Counted from the first letter of the stretch, positions 10,346 to 23,869 are shown. The stretch is DNA of 64,000 bases from Camelus ferus (GCF_009834535.1 NC_045719.1:5952001-6016000), one strand, 5' to 3'. Notes: generated by a model from the letters alone, not told the origin. Numbers and translations are program-made.

Positions 10346-11944
10346 GTAAGAGGATGCTCATCATTTGAGAAACCTTTTTTAGAAAAGAAAGAAGACTCGT
10401 GTAATGGTAACTTTAAAGTCAGCAGGATAAAACAGAGCATCTCAGCTTTGGTCTATATCACGGTTGGGCTCCTGGTAGGATTTCATTCGGCAGTGGTTGG
10501 GGTTTGGAGAAGATAAAACAATTTGGTTGTAATTTAACCCGAATCCCTTGGCCTGGCTTTGGAAGACATCCCCCAGCTCCTTCCTCTCTCTTCTTCCCCT
10601 CCTCGCCTCCACTTACCCACCTCCTACTTTTGTTCCTCAGTCTTAAGATGTTACTACTTACCATCCCCAGAAGGTGACTCTAATCTTTCGAGGGTGGATT
10701 TTGATTTGAGGGTGCTATTTCCATAACACTGACTCCTGTAAGCCTTTAACTGCTGATCCTTTTGAGTCCTGCCCTGCCCCACCTCACCTGCTCCCTCACG
10801 CCTGTGCTCCCGGGAGCTCTCGGAGGCCAGAAGAATGGCTTCGCTCAACTCATGACCTTATCCTCACCCTTATCCGTGCTCTTGCCTTCCAGATTCCTCT
10901 GGAGTGTTCCAGCTGAACCAGTATCTAACTCTGTCTACCAAAGATTGTTCTGCTGTAGCCACTGACTCTCCCTTGTACCAAATGGAAATCTCACAAGAAT
11001 GTTTTCCCCTGTTGTCAGCAGGGGCATCTGGAGACCCTGAATCCACAACAGGGCCTCAGAAACCATGGGGAATGTGACTCCAGTTCTTACTACTTAGAGT
11101 GAAGTGTGGCCACATGACCGCAGTCATAGAGAAGCTGCACAGTCATTCAGTGTCCAGCCCTGTCTGCTTGCAGAATAGGCCAGTGCCTAGAGGCTGGGCC
11201 TTGGAGGGTGTTCAGAGTATAGCTGGTTTAAGAGATTTCTCCTGTCAACCTGATACTGAGGACCAAAGTCCAGACCATTTGTCAGCTGCTCTCTGGGGTT
11301 AAGGCATTTATAGTCCCTATAAAAAATGTAAATATATTCTCTAGGAGAGATAACCCTTAAACCATTACATCCAACGTGCCATTAACTCAGCTCAGCGCAT
11401 GCCAAAGAATTCTCCAGGCCCTTACAAAACCACGAGGAGATGAGGAAGGCCGCATTTTGTGGGGAAGAGAAAAGGTCAAGGGAGGTCTGGAGCCTAGGAT
11501 GCTGTTTGACTGTCTAGATAAGTCAGGAGGCTCTTAGATAGAAAGAGACCCCCGAAGGCCAGTGTGAAATAAAGGTCGGACACATCCAAGGTGGTGGTGG
11601 TTTGTGTTAACGGCCACGATGACTTCCAGATCCTCAGTCTGCCACAGCACAGGATCCAGGAGCTTGAGGTTGAGGTTGGACCTGACTCACATGAAGCAAA
11701 ACAAGGGTGAGAAGCCGAGCAAAGGGGACCGTGAGCCCATAAAAAACAGGCAGGAAGAAAAAGTAATAGAATTTAAACACACCAAAGAATGGTTAATGTC
11801 ACTCATTAAAAAAAGAAGAAGAAGAAAGGCAAATTTAGGGGAGAGAGAGAGGCATGGGGGTTGAGTGCCCCTCCCAAAATGGGAGATGAACTTCCTGTAA
11901 GGAAATGACTTTAGAGTTTGGCCACAGTTTTTACAGTGAAAATA

Positions 11945-12090
11945 GAATTAATGATTTTTCTGGTTATGAAACTGACATATGCTCATCTGACATATTCAAA
12001 CAATAAAGGCATAAAGAAGAGAAGTGAAGATGTTCTATAATCCCCCGACCCATTTTGATGTGGACTCACTCTTCCAGATGTTTCATATTC
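11945..12090 (-). mobile_element. Ancient L1 (L1ME4-like) 3' end fragment
   Basis: tttttctggttatgaaactgacatatgctcat...aaagaagagaagtgaa...cttccagatgttt resembles the antisense L1ME 3' end. Confidence 0.5.
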
Positions 12091-13955
12091 AGAAAACTTT
12101 CAAACCTGAAATGGAGACAAAATGTACTTGTTAAAAAGTGTCATCTGGCAAATGTAAGTGAGGGTAGGAGATCCAGCTCCAGGAACAGATTTTAGCATCA
12201 CTGCCCCCGAGCACCGTGGGTTAACTGGTTTCTTCTGGAAGCGTCCCTGTTCACATTAGCACCTCTGGGGATTCCTAGAGAGAGTTAAATGTGCATTACC
12301 TTCAGCCAAAAGGTTTAACCAACAGAACTCATACTTCCTAATTACAGTCTGTGAGACAACGTGGTGAGAAGGGAGTGAGTCATTGGAAGGGGCGGGAGAC
12401 ATGGATGGAGGAGGCAGGGGAATGCAGCTCCTTCAGAAGTTATAAGGAAAGAAAACAAATCCAAAAAAAGGAAAATAGACGTGATGTGTGCCTAGATCAT
12501 GCATCTCTAGTGCTTTAAGCCAGCAGTCATCACCCCTGAGGTGATGGAAGAGTGGGGGCTGTCCCTGTCACCCCAGCGACTAGACTCTGGGGTGTGGATT
12601 CACTTCCTGGGCCGTGTTGCAGAACTCTGACTCACGGCCACGTATACCTAAGTGGCAGGTGCAGATGTGGCAGGCATCCAGCAACTGGTCTATTTTTATC
12701 ACAAGAAGGAAATGTTCCTGTGTCTTTCTGTAAATCCACAGTTGCCTGGCATTACTTCTAAATGTAGAAATTAAATTAAACCCTATGCATTTAGCCTATG
12801 CTTAAATTCAAGTTCATTTACAGATTAAAATCCATTCAAAAATCCATTAGTCCAATGAAAGCTATCGCTACATAAATAGTGACATCCTGTTGTCATAAAC
12901 ACAATTCAATTAAATAATTAGATTAAAAACCCAACAGTTTAATACACAGCTCTTTTAAATGCATGGTCACAAACACTTCATTGAATACATGTATTCTGGC
13001 TTTGGTTCAAATTACATTTTCAATATTAATCTCCACCACAGCATTATGGGAAAAAATTGTGTCCTCTGTGTGTAATAAATTCCTTCTTAAAATACAATAT
13101 AGCTTTTAAAAGGCACGTGTTTTAAAAAGAAAAAGATAATTTTTTGTGAAATATTAACAGTATTTATAATAGTAATGAGACTGTGCTGAACCCAAAGAAG
13201 GTCACAAAAAATTATGAAGTGGGACTGTCATATAAAAACTGTAAATATTGTTTACTTTTCTTATGTTCTTATAACTCTAGCTCGGTGGCACATGTGCCAC
13301 AGGTCCTCAGTAGACAGCTTCCTGATTATTGAAAATGTACGAATTGGGAATTTGGGGACATTTTGACTGTTCACAAATTACTAAAATTCACAGTCATGTT
13401 CATTGCTTGTCTACTTAGTGGGAAATAGCTATATTAAGTTCACCAGGACAGTTCCTGTTTGTTTCTGTTCCAGTGCTTTAACATGCTTTTAAACCAATGG
13501 AAATTGACCCATGATCCATGCTTGTAATTCCCCTCTCTCTTGCCAGAAATGTTGTCTGAAATTACTCATGAAATGTCTCAAAAGGCTCGGGGAAAAAGGG
13601 CAGCATCTGTGCTCTTATGAGCACTTTGTATTTTGTCTTTTGACCAGAGAGTAAGGTGGCTAACTCCTTTGAAGCAAACTTGTATCAGTCTCCTGTTCCT
13701 GCTGCTGGTGGTCATTAAATTGTCTAAAAAAGAAAGAACACCTGAGTTGCAGGGGATCTTGGGATTGTCTCCTTACAGTGGCACAAAGAGGAGGAGGTCT
13801 TGGCTAAAGCCGCGTGTTTAGCCTTTGAAGGAGTCAGGTTGAGAACCCACACCCTGTGCCCTCTGTGCTGTATAACTAAGTCGCCACCGCAGGGGAAGGG
13901 CACTTGTGTTCAAATGATGCAGAACGCCCATCACTTCTACACCTGTTTCTTCCAG

Positions 13956-14070
13956 GTTCAAGGCCTCAAGGAAGGTGTCAGCTACGTGTTCCGAGTCCGA
14001 GCCATGAACCAGGCAGGTGTCGGGAAGCCGTCCGACCTGGCTGGGCCTGTTGTGGCAGAAACCCGTCCAG
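13956..14070 (+). CDS. MYOM1: Myomesin-1 exon ~22, C-terminal part of Fn3 My8
   Basis: ttccag|GTT...CCAG|gtgggc, 115 nt, phase 0 to 1. Reads VQGLKEGVSYVFRVRAMNQAGVGKPSDLAGPVVAETRP. Confidence 0.97.
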
Positions 14071-14504
14071 GTGGGCCTTTACTTTTTCACTAAAGTTAAC
14101 CTCATCTGTGTAAGATACCAAAGGAACATTCAACCTTACTTCTGTGCTTTTCCTCATTTTCAAAATCATCACTGTATGCAACCTGAATGATGGGTAAGTG
14201 TGACCTTGGGACACGACAGTCATTTACTCCATCACAGGCCCTCAGGGCAGCAGTGGAGCCAGGTGGGTGGTGGTCCAGGGCTACTCTGATTCATCCTCAA
14301 AAACAGGGAAGTTCCTGATCAAATTATGCTTCCTGGACGCACTGTTTCAAGCATACATTCCTGGGACGTTATTCCTATTACACTGTGGCCATTTACTCCC
14401 ACAAGAATGTTTTCCCATCACAGAGGAAGCTGGAACAACCCAGTTAGCAGGCATGATCTTTAAACAAAAGTAGGATTTATATCATTGTAGCTACTAAGTT
14501 AAAC

Positions 14505-14870
14505 CAGAGGTCAGCAAACTTTCTGTGAAGGCCAGACAATAAATATTTTTGACTCTGTGGTCATGTGGTCCCTGTCACAATCCTCAACTCTGCCATGGCA
14601 CCAAAGCAGCCCTAGACAATGTGTAAATTAGTGAGCATGGCTGTGTGCCAATAAAACTTTATTGTGTGTGTTCTGTGCATTGTGTAATATGATGCATTAC
14701 ATCCAGTATGAAATTTGAACTGTAACTAGTTTTCACATGTCTTGAAATATTAATCTTCCTTTTTTTTTAAAAACTGTTCTAAAATGTAAAAACCATTCTT
14801 AGCTTTCAGGCTATACAAAAAGAGGTAATGGGCCAGATATAGCCCACAAGCCATAGTTTGCTGACCCCTG
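14505..14870 (+). mobile_element. MER58B-like hAT-Charlie MITE, full length
   Basis: TIRs cagaggtcagcaaact / agtttgctgacccctg (15 of 16 complementary). 8-bp flanks agttaaac and ggttaagc (6 of 8 identical). Interior follows the recalled MER58B consensus. Confidence 0.9.
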
Positions 14871-16094
14871 GGTTAAGCTAACAGCGTTCCGAACTGAATG
14901 ATCTATACAGCTGGGGCAGCCCTCACTTCCCAGCTTTAAGACGCCATGATTGGACTAGGAAAGATAGTCTTTCCCTTTGTTATGAGAACAAAGTTTACAG
15001 TGTTCACTGTGCAAACAGTTTCAGGTCATTATGTAACACTTATTTTGTCATTTAATCTCTGTCACTTTTCAAAGTTACACATTTCAGTTCATTAAAGTTG
15101 TATGAAAGAAAGCACTGGAAATGAGAGAGGATTTAAAAAGTATTAACTAGTTATTTTAAGTTTATGTTCATTGTAGTCCAAGGACTCTCACTATTTTCGG
15201 ATTGAAATGAAAAGCAGACACATAATGTGACGTTTGTTTTTATGGTGAGAAGAGCATGTAAACGTAGGAAACTCTGCCCTCACTTCCTGCTACTTGAGAA
15301 GTATAGTAAAGGTACCCTTTGAGGAGGTACCTGCCCCTTGCATCCTATTGCTTCATAGCCTGCTTTCAGCTAATCTTGTGACTATCCCAAAGTGTGGCAG
15401 GTGTGTCTGGAGAGAGTGCATTACCTCATGTAAGTATGCAAGACTTCACGAGAAAAGAGAGGAATGCTAGGGATGTGTATACCAGGTAAAAGGTGACACA
15501 CAAAGAGACGAGGACACATATTCCTATAGAAGTCAGACCCTCCAGGTGCCAACTGTGTGGAAATACAAGGTGCCAAATGGACACACGAAAGGGCCCAACT
15601 AGGAGTCTGCCCTGTAAGAGTATCTAGATTATGTACAAAAAACCTCTTGATCTAGTCACTGATAAGTTAAAAGCACCCTTTTAAAGCAGTGGAACCCAAA
15701 TCTGATTGAAAAAAGCTTAAATTGATTTCTTGTTTTCTCATCAGTCGCCTCAGAATGGCAGGTGGCCAGGCATGACTTTAATAAGGCCACCACAGTGGTG
15801 ACTATACCACCAGAAAAGGGGCTGCTGGCGAGCTCCTGGGCAGAGTTTTGTTTCACTGCTTTGGAATAAGGCGCCCAAAGTCATTTTGTGGCCGATCCAT
15901 TCCCAGAGGGTAACTGCAGACAGCAGCTGCAGACGTCAGTGCATAAACAGCACCAGGCTAACCCACCCAGCAGCCAGTGGCTCAAGCCTGGAGAGGAGTC
16001 CTGGGAGGAGCAGAGTCAAGCTGCTTGACTTGAAGCAGTGACATGAAGGAGCCCAAAGCCCAGGAGACACTGGGACTTGTTCTACAGGCAACAA

Positions 16095-16230
16095 GCACGT
16101 TCATTCCCGCACCGTGTATTTCCTGAGCACCTGCTACCTGCTGGGTGCTGTGTGGGCCGTGAATAGAGTATCATGTCATTGTCACTGCCTCCCGGGCTCA
16201 CCGTCTAGCGGAAGAGCGGTGTGTACACAT
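16095..16230 (-). mobile_element. L2 3' end fragment
   Basis: gttcattc...tttcctgagcacctgctacctgctgggtgctgtg...tcactgcctcccgggctcaccgtctagcgg. Confidence 0.55.
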
Positions 16231-16389
16231 GCCGTGAGTGAGCTTAGGTGGAGGTTCACGAAATATTTTCCATAGTTGAATAGGCTGTAAGCAGGGTGCT
16301 AAGGATTTCATAAATCCCTATAAAAACTTATATGTAGCCTAAGGTTGTCTGTGTTTATTAATTTTGTTCAATAACAATATATTACTTTT

Positions 16390-16440
16390 TTAAAGTTTTT
16401 ATTGAAGTATAGTTGATTTACAATACTGTGTTAATACCAG
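16390..16440 (-). mobile_element. 51-bp extremely 5'-truncated L1 3' tip with 12-bp TSD
   Basis: ttttattgaagtatagttgatttacaata is the antisense cetartiodactyl L1 3' end. Perfect TSD tatattactttt at 16378-16389 and 16441-16452. Confidence 0.85.
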
Positions 16441-17463
16441 TATATTACTTTTAATCAGGTATTTATCGTATACTAAAAATGGTTGGGGCTGGGGTTGGAG
16501 GATGGAGCCTACCAGTTTCACGGTGTGGAATGTGAAACTTGGATTGCTAATTCGGAAGAACAACTTCTTTTGGAACACATTATTAAAATTTCAGATAGAA
16601 AAGAAGGCTTAGCATGTAACAGCAAACCTCAAATACATGTAACAAGATACCTCAAGCGTAACTTGAATTCCAGTTAAAAGTCAACCGAATCCACTAGGGT
16701 CGGTAGGATTACTGGTCTCCCTTTGAGGCTGACAACATGCCAGCAGATGTAGCCCAGCCACTGGCACAAAGTCTAATCGTGCTGGTAATGAGGATCAGGA
16801 AAGGGGCGGAGTGTGCCGGGCCCTGCCCAGAGGTCTACTGGCTGAACAAGCCTGTAAGAAGAATAAGCTGGAAAATATTTAGTGTAGATTTGTTGGGACA
16901 TAAAGGCACTTCTCTTCCTGATATTTGGTATTTTTCAAATAGTGTCCCATTGATTGTATCAGGCCTGGGCTGAGGTGGAGGCGAGGTGAGTCAGATCACA
17001 TGGCAGAGAAGCGAGACCTGCCAAGGTGCAGCTGGTGACCTGGCGGGTGACACGTAACAGGGGGAACCGGCTGCCGATACTCTTACTGGAGACCCAGCGG
17101 CAGCAGGAGAACTCAGGTGATGGGCGGGGGAACCCGGATGCAAGGCAGAGTCCCAAGCAGGAGCTGGTGACTGGAAGTCGGGACTTGTCCCTGGGAGTGA
17201 GGCAGGTAGAAGAGCAGAGCTCTGGGAGGAGTCATGAGCTTCCACTGGGCTGACAGCCTGGTAGCCGACCCCAGTTTTTGAACACTGGTTGGTTGTAGAA
17301 CCTGGTGGGGCTAAGCCTGCACCTGTGTGCTCAGTGGTCTTGAGGTGGAGTTTTGAAGGAGTCTGATGCAGGAAGCCAGGCTGCCTGATAAGGATTAGCT
17401 CAACTGGCTAATTTAGAAAACATCACTTGCATTTGCTCACTGTTCTCTTTCACCCATTAGGAA

Positions 17464-17655
17464 AGTAGTTTTCAGCCTAGAGTGTACATTACGTTAGAAT
17501 CATGCCAAGAACTTTTTGAAAATATTGACTCCATTCCAGACTCTACTCCAGGCCAATTAAATCAGAATCTCTATAACCCTGGCTGGGCATAGGTTCGTTT
17601 TTGTTTGTTTAGCTCCTTGGGTAATTCAAGTATGAAGCCAGGCTTGTGAACTGTG
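17464..17655 (+). mobile_element. MER5A1-like hAT-Charlie MITE
   Basis: agtagttttcagcctag...ccaattaaatcagaatctct...gccaggcttgtgaactgtg follows the recalled MER5A1 consensus. Confidence 0.75.
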
Positions 17656-17659
17656 CATT

Positions 17660-17765
17660 AGACTGTGGGCTCCTTCAGAACAGGAGCTGTGTTTTCTCTC
17701 AATGCGCCAGGAGCCTAGCACCTGGTGTATAATAGTCGTTTATTAGATGAAAAAAAAATGAGTGA
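17660..17765 (+). mobile_element. L2 3' end fragment
   Basis: gactgtgggctccttcagaacaggagctgtg...gcctagcacctgg...gatgaaaaaaaaatgagtga. Confidence 0.55.
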
Positions 17766-18019
17766 CTACCATGTTCTGGCGCGTGAATGTGATTCTGTTT
17801 TGTAGCCACAGAGTGTACACTTAACCCTAAATACATCGTAGTGAACGCCCTGGTTATGAAGGGCGAGCCATAAGGGGCTCAGTGGAGCCACGATGTGGCC
17901 CCAGAGTGGTGGGTCAGCCAGCAGTCCTGTTACATAGCGGAGCTCGGTGTTACCTCCAGTGGTTACGTTAGTTCACTTCTATCTGCTTCTGTTCTGTCCC
18001 ATGCTCCAGTTTTTTAAAT

Positions 18020-18080
18020 ACCACACACGCACATGCGCACACGATGCACACGCGTGCATGTGCCCACATGCACCACGCAG
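18020..18080. repeat. Degenerate alternating purine-pyrimidine (CA/TG/CG) tract
   Basis: cacacacgcacatgcgcacacgatgcacacgcgtgcatgtgc. Confidence 0.6.
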
Positions 18081-21000
18081 AACAAATAATAAAACCTGAA
18101 AAAAAGTGACCTATTAATGCAGATGTAAAAGACTACATATCAGATTATGAAATGTATGGGAAGATGAATTCCCACTTTTAAATTTTATCTTTTTTAAAAA
18201 AAATATCATTTTATGAAGGGGAAAGAAAAGTGGAATGGAGTTAATTTCCAAAAAATTTCACTTTAGCCCTGGGCCATACCTTAAGCCATTGACTTACTGG
18301 GGGTGATGGCAAGTCTGGAGGGATCATTAAAATGCCATTCCACTTAATCCAATAATCCTTCTGCATCCACATTAAGGATTTGTTTAGGGTCGGGGCAGCT
18401 GACTAAAGACAACGCTTCTTAAATCCTTCTCAGATCAAAATGATCTCATTTTCTATAGCCAAATCTCCTCTGCTCTCAACTGAATTCTTCATGTTCTTAA
18501 GTAGATTCAAAGGTTGTTTTTGAGAAAATCTGAATCCTGGCAAATTTTGGTTCACGTTTCCAGCCCAGTTCTGTGGGAAAGTGAGATGACTCTTCATCCA
18601 GAGGAGAATGTCCGCAGGGAATGTTTGCTCTGACAGCAGAACATCACACTTGCTGCCTGCCCGTTAAGCATCGGAACCATACTGATCACATGTTAAACAA
18701 CCTTAGAGCGCGTGGCTCTCTAGACATTCATGAGTTCAGCCATGAACTGACAGCAGCTCAGTGCTTGGCAAAAAGTCAGGGCAAAGGACATTCTAATAAG
18801 AAAATTTGAGGATGTTGTCGCTGCACCTTTTCCACTCTGACCCTGCGCCAGGTTCATCTCCACAGGTGGTGGTGCGGACTAGCCTGGGGCCTCTTAGAAA
18901 CGCTGCCCTTACATTGCTCTTGGTTTTCCTAGAGCGTTTATATAAAGAACCATCCATCTGAATATCATGTATCTTTTGTAAAGTCTCAGTAGAATTGTTT
19001 GCCCATGATGTATCCAGGATCTCTTTATTGAAGGAACACTGCTATTAATTCCTCTTCGATTTTAATATGTCAAAAAAAAAATGGCCTTTCCAAAGCAACA
19101 TAATTAGTTTCTTCATTGCAGAAGAGGAATCTATGACCCAGTGTCCTTCCTTTTCAGATCCAAGACACTCTGAGCTCATTTTTTAAATTGTTTTATCTAC
19201 TTCTAAATTTTCCAAGAGACGTCTTTCAGTTTTAAACTCCTCACCTTTATTCTTTGTTGTCCCAAGTAATGTGTTTAAAGTATTTTGTTTTTAATTGCCT
19301 TTTTCTCTATAAACCCAGAACATGGGAAGAGTCTACCTTTTTTTTCCAAAGGCAACTTCAATTCCATTTCCCGTTATAGGTATTACTGTAAAATACTTGG
19401 TCTACTAAGTCACTCTTTAAAAACACCTTTATTCAAAGAATGATGCTAACAAATTAGTTAAAGCTGAACAGTAACAGAAGGCTTTGAATTTGAAAAGCCG
19501 TATTGAAAAACCATGAGAGCGTTAGCACTGCAATTCTTGTGACAAATAGGGAACAAGCTGTAACTTGTTGCCTTGATCATTTTAAGACAATAACCTTGTT
19601 ATATATTTAAACTGCTCTTTCTTTGTAACAGTAGATTATTTTTGACTAAACATTATTTTCTAATGAGAATAGTTATGGAGCTCAAGAAATATGCTTAGAT
19701 AACTAGTTGAATTATTTTCAGTGAATTTGGTTTTTCAAAAGCTTGAGATTATGATCACTTTTAGAGTGATACTTTCAGCCAGTTGACAGCATCATCGTTT
19801 GACAGTGAGGAAATCAAGCTTTGAATTCTGAGCGTGAAATTAAGTAGGAAACACACTGCAGCTAGAATGTTTTCTTTGTTGGTATTTTTATTTCATCTTG
19901 TGTTTATCACAACATTGGTCTTATGCTGAAGCTCTAGTAAGATAAGTTCCAATTAAATAAACATTGCAATTCTAAACTGGTATTTCTCTTTTAAATCTGT
20001 TTTTTCAGTCTAGTCCCTGGCACATGTAAATATGTACGGAAAATATGGAAACCAAATTCCTGCCCTTGTAGAATTTAATCTTGTTCTTGATAAAATAAAC
20101 AACCAGTGCAACTTTCTGAAAGATGAAGATTAATCAAATGCTCATCTTAATGAGCATTTGGTTTTTGAAACAGAAGTGTCAAAGATAGCTTTAATTATTT
20201 TTTATTTTTCCCTTTATTTAAATAAATCAGCCAGTAGCATCCATCATAGCCACAATTATGTGAGCATAAACTAAGGAAATGTTCATGCCTCTCTTTTACT
20301 CACTATAGATATTGCCTACCATGTCCTGATTTGATACGATTAATCAAGAAAAGCTTCACAGATGAGCAAAACTCTCTGATACTAGCTGACATTCCACCTA
20401 GTCCCTGCTTCTTATTTTGCCCCCTCTAGGCAATAATACAATTTCAAGTCACAAAATTTGATCTAAGACTTTCAAAAAAATGCCATGTTGTTTTCTAAAT
20501 GTATAAATTATTACATTTCTTACATGAGACCCCAGCTACAACGTAATGATGTAAAACTTGTAGGTTAAAGTGAAAACACACATACTGCCTGGGACTTTAA
20601 AATAATATCTTTTGTTTCACTTCATATTTTCACAAAAGATCTCCAAGTACAAAAATTAATTTTCCAGAATAATTAAATGAGACAGCTCTATACTCTTCTC
20701 AATAACTGAGGCAATTGAGACAGCAACTAAGCAGGGTTTTTCTAGTCTCTAAGTTGTCTGGGTTTGGGACCAAGTCTGGCCCTTCAGAAACATGAAAAGA
20801 TTGTTTCCAATACCCAGTTGTTCCATTTACCTGAGCATTTACTGCAAAGACATCAATCCTTTAAAATTTCATTTTAAGACCTGTTGATGAAAATTCTTAT
20901 AAAATAGATTACATATTTCAGTACATACCCTTCACCCTTCTTGGATGCAATGTACTTAATCTTACCTGCCTTTTTCTGTGTGACTCAGAGCCATAAGTAT

Positions 21001-23314
21001 CAACCTTATTTATTGCCCAGTGTTGCAATACAGTGATGTCTTATGGGGTGAGGGGCCATTTGTTTATCTACTGAATAGTGCCTGTACCTGCTTTTCCATT
21101 TTCTGCCTCCTCTCTTGCTGCCATTTATTTACCTTATCCTCCGTGTGCCTGCTGACCTCAGCTTCTTCTTTCCTCTCTTTTTTGGGACAAACTAACCAGC
21201 TAGCCTTTTTAGAATCATCTCAAACGAAGTATAGCTTCCTAGTGACAGTCTGTGGAACCCTCCAGGGCATGTCTGGGATACTAGCACATGGACTTTGTGA
21301 CATCAGTACTGGCCCTCAGAGGTTTGCTTTCATTACTTCTTGGTTTAGGGCAGGATCCCATATGGGTGAAGTGTTACTGTGCAAAGGTTATCCGTGGAAT
21401 TGAGAGAAAAGCCAGGCTAATATATTGCTCATGTTCTCTCCATTTTATCGCTCCTCTGCAGAAAAGTCAAATCTTTCACTTGAGTAAAAATCAAGATTCT
21501 TAACCTAAGCACCATTTTTTTCTGTTGTAAACTTGTCATTCCTCCAGTATAACAAATAGCAGGCGCATGGATGATTCACTTCCCTTTAAAAGGGATTACA
21601 AACAAAACAATGAATGATTAATATGAACAATCTGTCATGCCTCCAAAATAGGTATTATGCAAATAGCAAGAGAGGTTTAGTCGACTTCCATTTCTTCTCC
21701 TTTCCTCTTCATAACAACACAGATACACAGGAAATTTTCGGTTTATATTCTCTCTCCAGTTCAATCATGCTAACTGTGTATTGTCATACCATCTAAATCT
21801 CAGCATTCTTAGGCATTAGTTTTTTCTTGAGTTTTGGTAAGAGCACTATTTTCGTTATTTGTTATGTAGCAGTGGATTGTAAGGATTAGTCATGTGTTAT
21901 CAGGAATAGAAATAAAACATTTTGGTCTGCAACTTGCAGTGAAATAGACACAGCCCTTAGTAAATACACGGCGGACATTTCACTCAAGGTTATTTCTGTT
22001 TATCTATATAGTCAAATATGAAAATAACCCTTTCTTTTTTTTTAATATTTAAAAAGTCTCCCAGAACTAGTCTTCTCCAAGCTTTCCATGTGATTTAAAA
22101 ATCACTTTTTGGAGGTTTATAATGGAAGCACATACTGCTATCAGTAAGGACACAGGTTAGATCAACTACCAGGCTTAGGAGCCTACACCCTCAAGTCCCT
22201 GATCACTCTTTTCGGGCACTTGGTTTGTTTTGCCCTTTGCCTGGGAGGAGTTTTGCAATTCTTTTTCCCCTGACAGGTTTTACTGGACAGCCAGCCAGGA
22301 CACTGGCTTCTTATGATGCAATCTAGCAGAGAAAACCTTTCATCACTTGGGAAGTATCCATTGAAAGATTTTTTATGTTTTTTTAAAAAATAAAGCTGTA
22401 CCTCTCTGAAATTAAATGTATTTTTCCTAACGTGTGGAAGCAGACCAAGCGTAGATTGGTATTCGAATGAATGTCAATTTGAGAAGAGCATTTTACCTCT
22501 CAAACTGGATTTAGTTGTAGAAGTGAATATTTTACAAGCATCACACACTCTGAATTGCTATATTGAATGCAGGTGTTAATTTATTAGAACCCTCCAAAGT
22601 AAGAGAACTCAAAACATTAACTTAATTGTTTTCTTTTAAAATCCAAAAGCCAATCTTCTTGAAACATCTGGATCTCTTGAAATTCATTTCCATTTAAAGT
22701 TCTACACAGTTCAGTAACAGTCATTTCTAGGTTGTTATTGTTCTAACCTAAATGGCATCTTTAGATTAATTTATGGTTACCCGATCAGCAGAACTTTCAT
22801 TCTTAAATGATTTACAGACTGAACACTTGAATATAGGCAATTCTTATTCCCTCTACTTTCTCCCCCTTCAGTTGCCCCTTGGTTTCTTTATCTCTTATCT
22901 GTCCCCTCTTGGTGACTATTTAGATGTGGGTGTTGTTGAGGCAAACATCATAAATTATGCTCTGAAGAGGATTATACAACTTTTCTTTTTCCCTGAGGCT
23001 GCCCTGTCCTTCATATTATGGTCAGCCCACTCCTGTAACTGTCCCATTGTTCAGGTCCACCAGTTTTTCTTCAGCCCTGAACAGATAGTACTGTTCGTGG
23101 TGTTGGCTCTGCCTGCGTAACATGGTACATTCACTGAAAGCCATGTTACAAGTTGAAATGTAGCAGGAATGTCAGTCACAGTGGGGCCTTTTCCCTCGCA
23201 CAGGCTCAAGGACCCCACCTTAATTAAGGCTGAAGTAAAGGATCCCAAGGTAAGGAATTCTTACTTGATTGATTTCTACCAGAAAAGATCAGTGCCCTGT
23301 TTTTGATCTTCTAG

Positions 23315-23471
23315 GAACCAAAGAGGTTGTTGTAAATGTGGATGATGATGGAATCATTTCCTTGAATTTCGAATGTGATCAGATGGCTCCAAATTCTGAG
23401 TTCACCTGGTCCAAAGACTACGTACCCACTGAGGACTCCCCACGATTAGAGGTTGAAAGCAAAGGCAACAA
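23315..23471 (+). CDS. MYOM1: Myomesin-1 exon ~23, N-terminal part of Ig My9
   Basis: ttctag|GA...AA|gtacgc, 157 nt, phase 1 to 2. Reads (G)TKEVVVNVDDDGIISLNFECDQMAPNSEFTWSKDYVPTEDSPRLEVESKGN(K). Confidence 0.96.
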
Positions 23472-23869
23472 GTACGCACTGTTCCAGCCGTAATGGCGGG
23501 CTTCCTTTTCATGACGGAAGGATGAAGGCAGCTCTGTACTTTCCGTTTCAAGTGATAGGATGAAATCACAAACATTTTATGTCTGGTAGTGTGAAAAGTC
23601 ATCACCAGTTTAAAGCTTAAAAAAATAGCAATCCTTACAAAGTACTTTTCACAGTATCCCATTTTAAATGTTTTTTCATATATTATCTCATTTATGATGT
23701 AGTAAAATTGTTGATTGGCCTAAAAGATAGTTCTCAGTATTTTGAATTCTACAGAATTTTGAAATCTTAAAGTAACGGTGAAGATAGTTATGGGGAGGGG
23801 TAAGGAAGAACCTGCTGCTTGCTGTCCTGCTTTTTTCACCCCCACTTACGAATGACACATCAATGCACT

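Noticed and set aside
16955-17340. GC/purine-rich block starting TGTATCAGG, possibly an old LTR
   Set aside because: I could not match it to a family with confidence; needs a Dfam search.
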